NCBI RefSeq assembly: GCF_000142905.1
Contig: NW_013657630.1
Coordinates: 232,025 to 296,024 of the forward strand
DNA length: 64,000 nt
Direction of reading: 5' to 3'
DNA from: Thecamonas trahens ATCC 50062
Taxonomy: Eukaryota; Protista; Apusomonadida
Each line of letters starts with the position of its first letter. The stretch's first letter is position 1. The position numbers and the translations under genes are program-made. Positions 34,401 to 45,808 of this stretch are shown here, one piece after another. The notes under the pieces were generated by a model. It was given only the letters and a program-made list of their open reading frames with translations. It was not told the origin of the DNA and made no database searches.

Positions 34401-37400
34401 GTGAGCTGCAGCAGGTCGGCGGCCGAATCGCGAGCGAAAACGACGATCTGCTGAAACGTATAGCCGAGCTGGAGGCACAGCTCGAGAGTGCAAGCTCGCA
34501 AGGGAAGGAGACGCGGAGCAAGAAGCGGCGGCGGCATCACCACCGGCGAGAGCCAGAGGCTGCAGAACCGAGTGGGCTTGATGCCAGTGGCGCCGAGCTG
34601 GCGCGGGTTGTGGCCGAGCTGGAAAACGTCGAGGCTGAGCTGAGCGTGGCACGAAAGGAGCGCGCGGAGCTGAAGGAGCAGCGCAACGCGGCCCGGATGC
34701 AGCGCGATCGGGCCGAGTCTCGGCTGGCCAAGGCTGTGGCATCGAGCAAGCGCCTGGGCGAGTTTGAGGAGCGGCTGCGGGCGAGCCAGGCCCACGCCGC
34801 AGAGCTGCGGAGCATGGGCGCTGAAGTCGACGCCGGCGTTGCGGCGAGTGCAGGCACGATGCAGGCGCTGCACGAGCAGAACGCGGCGCTGGTTGGTCTT
34901 GTGGCCGATCTCCGCAACGATCTCGAGCACATGTCTGCCGACTTTGAACAGCGCGGTCGTGAGAATGCCCGGCTGGTCCAGTTGATGGTGAGTGTCGAAC
35001 ACGAGCGCGAGGATCTGCGGCGCGAGCTGGCCGGTGTCGAGCAGCGGTTGCGCGAAGTCGAGGACGCGCGCCGTGCCGAGCTCAGCTCGGACGTGGCTGC
35101 CGAGGCGGCAGATGCCGAGCGTGCGACAAGCATGCTCGAGCGGTTGGACCGTGCGCTTGTGGCGCCTGTGGCGGCTGAGACACTGCCTCGTGTGACGAGT
35201 GTCGACGAGGTCCGTGCCGGTATGTTGGAGTCCGAGATGGCCGCCGAGCGGCAGGCGCGGCAGCAGGCCGAGGCGGATGCACTGGCGGCGCGCGAGGAGA
35301 CACAGAAGGTGACGCTGAGCGCGCTGGCGATGCGGCAAGAGCACCAGAGTCAGATGCAAGCAGAGCTCGAGCGGGCAGTGGCGCTCGAGGCCGCGCTGAC
35401 GGCTGCGAAGGAGCGCGGGGGCGCGGCAGCGGCGGCAGCGGAGGCCGGTGCCGAGACTGTCAAGGTGCTCGAGGCCGAGCGGGCAACGGTCGAGGCCCGT
35501 CGGTCGGCTGCCGAGGCTGAGCGTGAGGCTGCCGTGGTCAAACAGGCTGATGCAATGCAGTACCTGGTGCAGTTTGAAGAGCGGCTGCGGGCGAGCCAGG
35601 CCCACGCCGCAGAGCTGCGGAGCATGGGCGCTGAAGTCGACGCTGGTGTTGCGGCGAGTGCAGGTACGATGCGGGCGCTGCATGAGCAGAACGCGGCGCT
35701 GGTTGGACTTGTGGCCGATCTCCGCAGCGACCTCCAACGGATGTCTGCTGACTCGGAGCAGCGTGCGCGGGAGAACTCGCGGCTGATGCGGATGATGCTG
35801 GAAATGGAGCACGAGCGTGACGACCTGCGTCGAGAGGCTGCGGCAATCGAGCGGCGCCTTGTTGCTGTCGAGGAGGCTCGCCGTGCCGAGCTCAGCTCGG
35901 ACGTGGCTGCCGAAACGGAGGATGCGGCTCGAGCTGAAGGTGTGCTTGCTCGACTCGAGCGTGCGCTGTCGGCCTCGCCTGCTGTGCTGGAAGCGGCGAG
36001 CCCGCAGCCTGAGACGGCAGCACTGCCTGCGGCGACTGTGACACCGGCTCGTGTGGAAGAGCTGGAGGCAATGGCTGATGAGTCAGGGCGTCTGGAAGAG
36101 GAGCTGAAAGCTGCACAGAGTGAGGTGCAGCGGGTGACGCTGCGCGCGCTGGCGATGCGACAGGAGCACCAGGCGCAGATGCAGACCGAGCTGGAGCGGG
36201 CGGTGACACTCGAAGCCGAGCTGGCTACTGCCCTCGAGCGGGAGGCGGCAGCGGTAGCAGCGGCTGATGCCGGCGCCGAGGCGGTCAAGGCTATGGAGGC
36301 CGATCACGCGAATGTGCTATCGCAACTTCAGGTCTTTGACGAGCGCGTCCGTGCCAGCCAGGCGCATGCCGCGGAGCTGAAGGCCATGGGCGAAGAGGTC
36401 GATGCTCAGATTGTTGCTAGCGCCGGGACAATGCGGGCGCTCCATGAGCAGAACGCGGCGCTGGTGGCTCTAGTGGCTGACATGCGCAGCGGCATGCAAA
36501 CGATTGCGGCCGATGCCGAGGAGAGTGCCCGTGAGCAGGCGCGCTTGGCAGCGAAGCTTGTTCGCACCGAGCATGAGCGCGAGGAGCTGCTGCGCGAGGC
36601 CGCGGTTACTGAGCAGCGGCTGCGGGAAGTCGAAAAGGTGCGACGGGCCGAGCTGAGCTCGGACGTCGCGGCCGAGACTGCCGATGCCGAACGAGCCGCA
36701 AGTCTGTTGGCGCAACTGGATCGTGCGGTGGCGACGCCCGCGGCGATCGAGACTCTATCGCGAGCAACGAGTATTGGCGAGGTGCGTGCCGAAATGCTGC
36801 ATCACGAAGTTGCTGCCGAGCGCGAGGCCCGAGTGCGGGCAGAGACCAACGTGGTGGCTGCGCGGGAGGAGACGCAGCGTGCGATGGTGAGTGCACTGGC
36901 GATGCGGCAGGAGCACCAAGCGCAGATGCAGGCTGAGTTGGAGCGGGCTGTGGCACTCGAGGCCGAGCTTGCGTCGGCACGCGAGCGTGAGGCCGCGTTG
37001 TTCGCGTCGAGCAGCCAGACTGTGGCAGCACTCGAGGCGCAGCGTGTGACTGCTGAAGCACAGCGGGCAACGTTTGAGGCCAAGCGGGATGCTGCTGAGC
37101 ATGACCGCGCTAGCATGCTGCAGCACCTGGAGCAGTTTGAGGAGCGGCTGCGTGCGAGCCAGGCACATGCTAGTCTTCTCAAGGCGATGGGCGAAGAGGT
37201 CGATGCGCAGGTTATGGCGAGTGCGGGAACAATGCGGGTCCTGCACGAGCAGAACGATGCATTGGTCAAGCTGGTGACTGACCTACGAAGCGACATGCAA
37301 AAGATTGCTGCGGATGCCGAGCGCAGCAGCCGCGAGCAAAAACGCACGACGAAGGATTTGCTTATTGTCGAGCGTGAGCGCGAGGACCTGCGGCGCGAGC

Positions 37401-40400
37401 TGGCCGGTGTCGAGCAGCGGCTGCGCGAAGTCGAGGACGCGCGCCGTGCCGAGCTCAGCTCGGACGTGGCTGCCGAGGCGGCAGATGCCGAGCGTGCGAC
37501 AAGCATGCTCGAGCGGCTGGACTGTGCGCTTGTGGCGCCTGTGGCGGCTGAGACACTGCCTCGTGTGACGAGTGTCGACGAGGTCCGTGCCGGTATGCTG
37601 GAGTCCGAGATGGCCGCCGAGCGGCAGGCGCGACAGCAGGCCGAGGCGGATGCGCTGGCGGCGCGCGAGGAGACACAGAAGGTGACGCTGAGCGCGCTGG
37701 CGATGCGGCAAGAGCACCAGAGTCAGATGCAGGCAGAGCTCGAGCGGGCGGTGGCGCTCGAGTCGGAGCTGAGCAAGCGTGCGGTGGTGGCTGAGAGCAA
37801 GGAGGTGGAGACCGCGCGGCAGCTGCGACTGCTCGAAGAGCGGCTGCGAGCGAGCCAGGCGCATGCCGCCGAGCTCAAGGCGATGGGCGACGAGGTCGAT
37901 GCACAGATTGTGGCGAGCGCTGGGACGATGCGGGCCCTGCACGCGCAGAATGATGCGCTTGTGGGGCTTGTGGCCGATTTGCGTGAGCAGCTGAGGCGGG
38001 CGACGAGCGAGACGGAGCGCATCGGGCGCGAGTACGGTCGCGTGGCGGGCGTGATGGTGAGTGTCGAGCACGAGCGCGAGGATCTGCGGCGCGAGCTGGC
38101 CGGTGTCGAGCAGCGGCTGCGCGAAGTCGAGGACGCGCGCCGTGCCGAGCTCAGCTCGGACGTGGCTGCCGAGGCGGCAGATGCCGAGCGTGCGACAAGC
38201 ATGCTCGAGCGGCTGGACCGTGCGCTTGTGGCGCCTGTCGCGGCTGAGACGCTGCCTCGTGTGACGAGTGTCGACGAGGTCCGTGCCGGTATGCTGGAGT
38301 CCGAGATGGCCGCCGAGCGGCAGGCGCGACAGCAGGCCGAGGCGGATGCGCTGGCGGCGCGCGAGGAGACACAGAAGGTGACGCTGAGCGCGCTGGCGAT
38401 GCGGCAAGAGCACCAGAGTCAGATGCAAGCAGAGCTCGAGCGGGCAGTGGCGCTCGAGACCCGTGCAGGCTCAGCCGAGTCTCGGGCTGATGAAGCGAGT
38501 GGTCGGCTGCGGGAGGTGCAGCAGCGACTTGGTGCATCCAATGCGCAGGCAGCTGAGCTCAAGACCATGCATGCAGCGGTGAATGCTAAGGTGTCCGCCA
38601 CCGCAGGCACGATGCGGGCCCTGCATGCGCAGAACGCCGCGCTTGTGACCCTTGTGGATGACTTGCGGGCAGAGCTCCACGATGCGGCTGAAGACAACGC
38701 CGAGGCTAGCCGGGCCAATGCGAGCCTTTTGCGTGACAAGATCCAGGTTGAGCACGAGCGCGAAGAGCTGGGCCGGGTTGTGGCGGCGATTGACCAGCGG
38801 CTGGGTGAAGTCTATGGCGTCGACAGTGGTGAGGCGACAGACATTGTGACTCGACTTGATTGTGCTCTTGCTAAGCCCGTGTCGGCCGAGATGCTGCCGC
38901 GTGTGACATCCGTCGACGAGGTCCGTGCCAACATGATGGAGCGCGACATGGCCGATGAGCGGCAGGCACGGCAGCAGGCCGAGGCGGCCGCTGCGGCCGC
39001 GCGTGAGGAGGCGCAGGCGGTGACGCTGAGTGCGCTGGCCATGCGGCAGGAGCATCAGACGCAAATGCAAGACGAGCTGGAGCGGGCTGTGGCGCTGGAA
39101 GAAGAACTGGCGCGGCGGGTTTCCGCGGCGGAGGCACAGGCGCGTCGTGAAGCCACAGCCCAGCTTGTGAAGTTTGAGGAGCGGCTGCGGGCGAGCCAGG
39201 CACATGCAGCCGAGCTCACTGCCATGGGCGAAGAGGTGGACGCGAGTGTGGTGGCTACGGCGGGCACGTTGGAGGCGCTGCACAACCAGAACGCCGCCCT
39301 CAACCAGCTTGTGGGTGAGCTTCAGGCTCAGCTCTCGGTTCTGACGGCAAGCAACCGACGAGCGCAGACGGATGCACTTGACGCGCAGCGGGCACGGATC
39401 ACGGTGGAGCACGAGCGTGACGCGCTGCGGCAGTCTGTGACAGAGGTGTTGGCAGCGTGGCGGGCGGAGCTTGCCAGCGACGTCGAGGTTGAGACTGCCG
39501 AGGCCAAGCGAGTGGAGAGTGTACAGGCTGCGCTCGACCGCGCCATGGATGTCTCGCGCGATCCCGGGCCGGAGCAGACGCAGCTCGCCAAGGAGCTTGA
39601 GGCAACTCAAGCGCAGCTCCGCGAGGTGACATTGACGGCGATGGCCATGCGGCAGGAGCACCAGTCGCAGATGCAGGCCGAGATGGAGCGAGCTGTGAGC
39701 CTGCAGGCTCAGGTGGAGACGAGCTTGCGCGCAAGCGTGACGACCGACATCACCACCCTCGAGTCTGCACTGGCGCGGCTGGATGCGATTCAGGCTCGTT
39801 ATGAGGCCGCCAAGGTGCGGCTGCTGGCGCTGCAGGAGCACAACGTTTTCCTTCTTCGCGAGCTGGACGCGTCGCGGAAGCATGCGGCAGCGTTTGATGA
39901 GTTGAGCGCGGCGCATGAGGCACTCGCCAACAAGCACGCCGGCGTGGAGCAGGCGGTGGTGACGCTTGTGGCTCAGCGTGAGGCGCTCGAGCAAAAGGCG
40001 TTTGCCTACGATGCGCTGTCGATGGCGCACAACCGCGTCGTGGCGGAGCTTGAGACGATCAAGGAGAGCAGCACCCGCAGATGGAAGTTGTCATGGCGAG
40101 CGAGTCAGGCGAGCTTGCCCTGCCACCTTTGTCGCTGGTCAAGAAGCGCGAGCCGATGACACCGAGGACGTCCGAGACGATGGCAAAGCTTGCAGCGCAA
40201 GTTGCACATCTGTCTGCACTCTCGACCGAGTACGCGGAGCAGGTGACCTCGCTCCGCCAAGAGCTTGCGCACAGTGGGGGTGTTCTCGTCCGTGTCCGCG
40301 ACGAGGTGCAGCGTGAGAAGCTCGAGCGGGCGCGTGAGGCGAGCGCTGGCCGGGCGCGCGAGGCGGAGCTGGCTGCAGAGCGTGACGCAGAGCGGCTTCG

Positions 40401-43400
40401 TAAGGAGGCCGCACTGGCGCAGCTTGCCGAGCGCGAGCGCGAGGTGGCGTCGATGCTGACGGTGAATCGGACAACGAGCGTGACCGAAGAGGTGCGCGTG
40501 CTGAGAACCGAGCATGCCCAGCTGCGGGCGGATGTTGCCAACGAGCGTGCCGAGCACCTTGACGCCGCGGTTGCGCACCAGCAAGAGCTCAGCGGAATGT
40601 TTGCGCGCGTGCAAGAGGCTAGTGCGCGCGCTGATGACGCGGAAAAGCGGCTCGCCGTCAGCCTCGACGAGCAGCGGCGGCTTGAGGCTGCGCAGGATGC
40701 GCACGACATGCGGTTGGCTGAAGTTGAGGCCGAGTTTGCGGCTTTGAGCGCTAAGAGTGGCGATGGCAGACAGTTGGGTGCCGAACAGGAGACAGCATCT
40801 GCTGAGGCAGCGAAGCTGGTGCAGCGCATTGCTGTGCTACAGACACAGCTGGTAGCGACCGAGGCGCAGCTGGAAGCGTCGCAGGCAGCGCTGGCTGCTA
40901 GCAGTGGCAAGGCTGGCGGTTCCGGAGGCAAGACCAGCTTGGAGGCGCAACTTGCGACAGTGCAGGCGAAGCTGGCGGTGTCCGAAGAGGCGCGCGTTGC
41001 TGCCGAGGCGCGGGCCAAGGCCGAGGCGCGGGCTGCTCAGACTGCAACCGAAGTTGCAGTTCGGGAGGCCAGCTCGCGGGCGCCGGTGGGCGAGGCCGCT
41101 GCTGCTGCCGAGCTTGTTTCGCTGCGGCTGGAGCTGGACGCAGCACAGAGCGCGCTTGCCGAAGAGCGGGCGGAGCACGCCAAGGCCAAGGCAGCAGTTG
41201 CGACCGAACGCGAGGGTCGGCGGGCCGATTTGGAGCGGTCAATCCAACTGCAGCAGGCGCTTGTGGAGGCGACGGCCGAGGCGGCGAGCGTCGACGCAGG
41301 AGCCAGCTCGATCGAGCTCCAGCGGCGTGATGCGCTGCTTGCCGACATGTCGCGGCTGTGTGACGAAACCAGCGCGAGCTGGACCTCAAGACGCTGCAGC
41401 TGGAGCGGGCTGTGCTTCAGGTCGAACGTGCTGAGGCAGCACGGAACACAGAGGCGCATGCTGCGGTCGAAGCCCAGACCAAGGCGCAGTCGAACGCGGC
41501 GCAGTGTGTCGAACTCCGGGCCGAGGTGGAGCGGCTGCATGCTGAGCTCGGTTCTGCGCTTCAAAAGGTGAATCGCTGGAGAATGCGCGCGGCATGAGCG
41601 CAGGTGAGAAGCGTGTTGCTCAGCTGGAGGCTCAGCTCGAGAACGCGCACGCGGCGGCTGTGGCGGCTCAGCGGAGCGATGACGCCGAAGTGACACGGCT
41701 GCAGGCTGAGGTGGCACGGCTGCAGGCGTCGGTAGCGGCGAACCAGCAGGGCTCGGCCACTGATGCTGATGAGCTCTCCCGGCTCCGGGCTGAGGTGGCT
41801 AGGCTTTGTGCGGCTGGCGGCGGGAGCGGAGGCGAGCGCGTGGCGGCCGAGGAAGACGCTGAGCTCGTGCGATTGCGTGCTGAGGCTGCGCGCGAGAAGA
41901 AGGAGGCTGCTGCGGCCAAGGCGCGGGCCAGGAGCATGCTTGCCACCATTGAGACGCGTGCGGCGCGGCTCGAGGCGCAGGCCCGCGAGTTCAGTGAGAG
42001 CCAGCCGGCAGCGGAGGCGGGCGAGATGAAGGCGCGCGCGCTGGCAAGCTCTCTGGAAGAGACCGCTGGTCAGCTGGAGGCAGTGCAGGCGCGCGCAGAG
42101 GCTGCGGTGTATCGGGCCGAGGCGGCCGAGGCTCGGGCTGCAGCGTCCGAGGCGGCGCGGGCGGAGGCGGCGCGGGCTGCTGATGCTGCCGAGGCCAAGG
42201 CGGCGCGTGTCGAGGCACGGCTGGCATCGTCGCAGGAGATGGTGGCGTCGCTGAAGGCGTGGAATGCCGACGTTGAGGCGTCGCTGGTGACGACCCAGGC
42301 TGCGCTACAGAAACAGCTTGTCCGGGCGCGCGAGCAGGAGACGGCGCTGCGGACAGCCGGAGCTGGCGAGAGCAAGGCGGCCGCAAGCTCGCTGAAGCGA
42401 GGCAGCCCAGACCATGTTCACTTTGACGAGGAGGCATGGGCGCGCAAGGTGCAGCGGCTGGAGCACAAGGTGGCCGAGCTTGAGCATGCAGTGCGCGAGG
42501 CCGAGCTTGATGCTGACGATGCGCGCGCCGAGGCGGACAAGGCGCGTGCGGCTGTGAAGGCGGCGGAGAAGCAGCTGCGGCTGGAGGTTGCATCGCATGC
42601 TGTGGCGCTGGAGGACGCGTACTCTGCTGGGCAGGAGGCGGCCGAGGCGGCGTCTGCGGCGGCGGTGGCTCGGGCGGAGGAGCGTGCTGAGGCTGCGGTA
42701 CGGACGCGGGAGCTGACGCGTCGGTCGATGGTGTTGTCGGACGCATCGGATAACCGGTCCGAGGGCTCGGAGGAGTCTGGCTCTGAGGACGGTGATGCGG
42801 AGACAAGCCTGGCGCACCAGGTCTCGATCGAGCGCGAACTGCTGCAGGTGTCGCGGCTGCGTGCCGAGGCGCACGAGCGGTACCGGCGGCAGAGCGCGGA
42901 GCTCGAGGCATCGCAGCAGCATGATGCTTTGGAGGCGCTGGTTAGGGAGCGGGATGCGGAGATGATGGTGTTCCGCGAGCTGGAGCTGCGTTTCCTGGAG
43001 CTGAAGGCGACGATGGCGTCGCGGGCTGACGTGGAGAAGCACGACGCCGAGGCCAACGCCGAGGACGCGGCGAGGTGGCGTGCAGTGGTTCCGGTTCTCA
43101 CGCAGCTGCGTGAGCCGCTGGCGTTTGATGAGAGCGGGCGGCCTGTTGTCCGACACATGGAGCTGGGTCATCTGGCGACGCTTCTGGACGACGGGAGTGG
43201 CGACGGGCTGAGCTTTGATCTGCCAGGCACGCTGGATGACGCGCTTGGGCTTGTGCGTGCGCAGGAGCGGGTCATGCGCGATCTGCTCGAGCATCTGTGG
43301 TGGCTCAACGCTGTGGTCGACTTTTGGGAGCTTCGCTCGCAGTCGACGACCAAGACGACAACGACAACGAGATCGTCGAGCCGGATGGCTGCCAGCTCGG

Positions 43401-43926
43401 CGAGAGATATGCGGTGGCGGGGTACATCCCGTGGTGTGCAGCCAGTTGTGCAACCGGTGGCGCCCAGCGGGGGCAGCTGGCAGTCGTTCAGCTACCTGCC
43501 GAGCGGGTACACGACGACGATGTCGTGGGTCCGACCGGCTGCTGCGCACGCCGCGACAGTCGGTCCAATGGCGCCTGTGGTGCCGGTTCGGATGCAGACC
43601 CAGAGGCGCACAGTCCAGTCGCCAATGAGAGTGGAGCGCGTGGTCATGTCGCCGATGCGAACGCTCAGCGTGGAGCAGCAGCAGAGGGTGGCGAGTGCGG
43701 GGTCGCCGGTCCGGCGGCTGGCGTCGGTCTCGCCAGTGCGCAGCAGCGTGCCAACGAGTCTGAATGTGTCGACGATCAGTAGCGCAGTCGAGTACGGCTC
43801 GTTTACGACGTATGTGAGCCGCGAGGAGCTGGGCGATGACGTGGTTTGCCGGCCAACGCGGCGGAGATGCGGTCTGTGCGGCTGGTGTCGGAGCACTTGG
43901 ATCTCGACCCGCTGTTTGAGGTGTAG
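25493..43926 (+). CDS. Giant (~6,100 aa) Ala/Glu-rich coiled-coil protein with a globular N-terminal domain and internal repeats. 5' end uncertain (probable intron 25536-25646); four -1 frame breaks (~40064, ~41367, ~41565, ~43846)
   Basis: A 14.5-kb ORF (25577..40159) continues through ORFs starting at 40081, 41412 and 41594, each one frame back, with continuous heptad character. The last break gives ...DVVLPANAAEMRSVRLVSEHLDLDPLFEV* with TAG at 43924-43926, just before the convergent FAH gene. Confidence 0.75.
33383..33985 (+). repeat. 156-bp (52-aa) near-perfect coding tandem repeat x4
   Basis: Units start at 33383, 33539, 33695 and 33851: EGPDRATLLEHNKILASQLHDLQVVYDRIV(D/G)ENDELLMRVDALESKDVPEVG. 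Confidence 0.95.
34760..39710 (+). repeat. About 7 copies of a ~220-270-aa coding repeat, including three near-identical ~390-bp DNA blocks (~34990, ~37375, ~38055)
   Basis: Recurring motifs EERLRASQAHAAEL..MG.EVDA...SAGTMRALH.QN, RRAELSSDVAAE and ALAMRQEHQSQMQAELERAVALE. Confidence 0.9.
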
Positions 43927-44005
43927 CTCACGACAGAATGAAGCAGAGAACAGAGTGGGGGCGAAGTGGTGCGGTGTGTTACGGTTGAGGGAGAGCAGAG
44001 ATCGG

Positions 44006-45552
44006 CTACTCCTCAATGCCCCAGAAGCTGGGCGGGAGGGCAGCCTCGACAACGTCGCGGGTCTCGCCAAAGCCGATCTGGTAGCCGTCGCCGCGGGCGA
44101 CGCCACGCATGACGACGACGTCGCCATCGGCAATGTACTTGCGCTCCTCGCCGGTGGGGAGGACGAGCGGGTCCTTGCCGAGCTTGGAGATCTCAAGCAT
44201 GCAGCCGTTCTGCTCGCGGTTGGGGCCGGAGATGGTGCCGGTGGCCAGGAGGGTGCCCGGGAGGATGGGGGCGCCGGTGGAGGCGAGGTTGGTCAGCTGC
44301 TGGGCGTGAGTCCAAGTGAGGTAGGTAAGGTTGGAGCGCGTGATGGGCAGTTCCTCGCCGTTGGAGCCCGGGGTGATGATGTCGACGGAGAGGTCGACGT
44401 TGTACACGATGTGGTTGTCGTCGCGGAGGTGCGGGGCGAGCGGCTTGTCAAGAACCTCTGCAGCGACGGCAAACGGCTCGAGGGCGGCAAAGGGGACGAT
44501 CCAGGGCGAGATGGTGGAGATGAACGACTTGCCGATGATGGACGGGCCGAGCGGGACGTACGAGGCCTTCTGGCCAGCGCGGGCGGACCAGTCGTTGAAG
44601 AGGCAGAGGCCAAAGAGGCGCTCGTGGGCCTCGTTGATGCGGAGCGGGACGCCCTGCGCGTTGGCCGGGCCACCGACAAACGCGCCCATCTCGAGCTCAA
44701 AGTCGAGTGCGGGCTCGGGCTTGAACGAGAACGCGGTCGGGTCGGTCGGCGAGGTGGTCTGGACCCACGGGCGGACAATCTTGGCCGGCGAGACGGTCAG
44801 CGAAGTCGACGCCACGTGGTACCCGATGGGCATGGCGGTCCAGTTGGGCTGGAGCGCGTTCTCAGCGCCGCGAATGAGCTACAGGGCGAGAATGAGCAAG
44901 GTGAGTTGGACATCGGAGAGGGGAAAGAAGGGAGGAGGGGCGGGGGAGGAGGGGCGATACGTACGGTGCCGACGTTGGTAGCGTGAGTCCGCGACGAGTA
45001 AAAGTCGATGTACTCGGGGACGTTGACCGGCATGTGCGAGGTGATGTCGGCCATGTCGACGAGGACCTCTGCCTGGGTAGCCTCATCGAGGGCACCGGCT
45101 CCAGCAGTAAGAAGCTCGGTGATGCGAGCGCGGGCCTCGGCCCAGACCTCGGGCTTGGTGGCCATGAAGGCATTGAGCGAGGGCTGAATTATTGGGATGG
45201 GGGGTGGGGGGTGAGTAAAACAATTAGTTGGTGGTAGCGGTGGTGGGTGGGGGGTGGGGGTAGGGGACGGGAGAGAGCTGGGAAAAGGGGGAGAGGGGGG
45301 GGGGGGGAGGAGGGGAGAGAGAAGAAGGAATCATACCTGGTTGAAGAGGTCGGTGGCGCAGTCGGCAAGAAGTGGCCCGTTGAAGAGGCCCTTTGCGGCG
45401 AGGGCAGCCAGGTCAAGGACCTTGTCACCAATGGCGACACCGACACGAGGGCTCGTCGCCGAAGCGGTGGAGAAGACACCATAAGGAAGGTTCTGGATGG
45501 GGAACTCGCAGGTCGCCGGCTCGTATGCCACAATGCAGTCGTGAGATGCCAT
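44006..45552 (-). CDS. FAH: Fumarylacetoacetase; exons 45552-45337, 45183-44965, 44878-44006
   Basis: Motifs [81 protein letters not shown]. Two GT-AG introns (153 and 86 nt) restore the frame. Confidence 0.92.
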
Positions 45553-45808
45553 GGTGGTTGGTGAAGGGGGAGAGAGGGGTGGTGCTGGTGCCGGTGCCGG
45601 TCTTGGCCGTCGCCGTGCCAGTGGTGACGGTGGTGCGACGTGGTCGGCTTTGCGTTTCGGGGAGGGGTTGGCAGCGCATGGCTTGCCGCCCTGCCATGAT
45701 CAGGTGCGGCAGTGGACTCGATGAGCGGAAGGGCTCAGCAATGTGCGTGGTGTGTGCGTTGTGCGCGATGCGCGCGATGTGCGCGATGTGCGTGATGAAC
45801 GTGGCGGA

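Noticed and set aside
25577-40159. Giant ORF as myosin, SMC or kinesin
   Set aside because: No P-loop, motor or hinge motifs; any similarity would be generic coiled-coil composition.
43848-44986. C-terminal ~380 aa of ORF 41594..44986, apparently overlapping FAH antisense
   Set aside because: Read-through after a -1 break at ~43846. The repaired frame stops at 43926, and the remainder is the antisense shadow of FAH.
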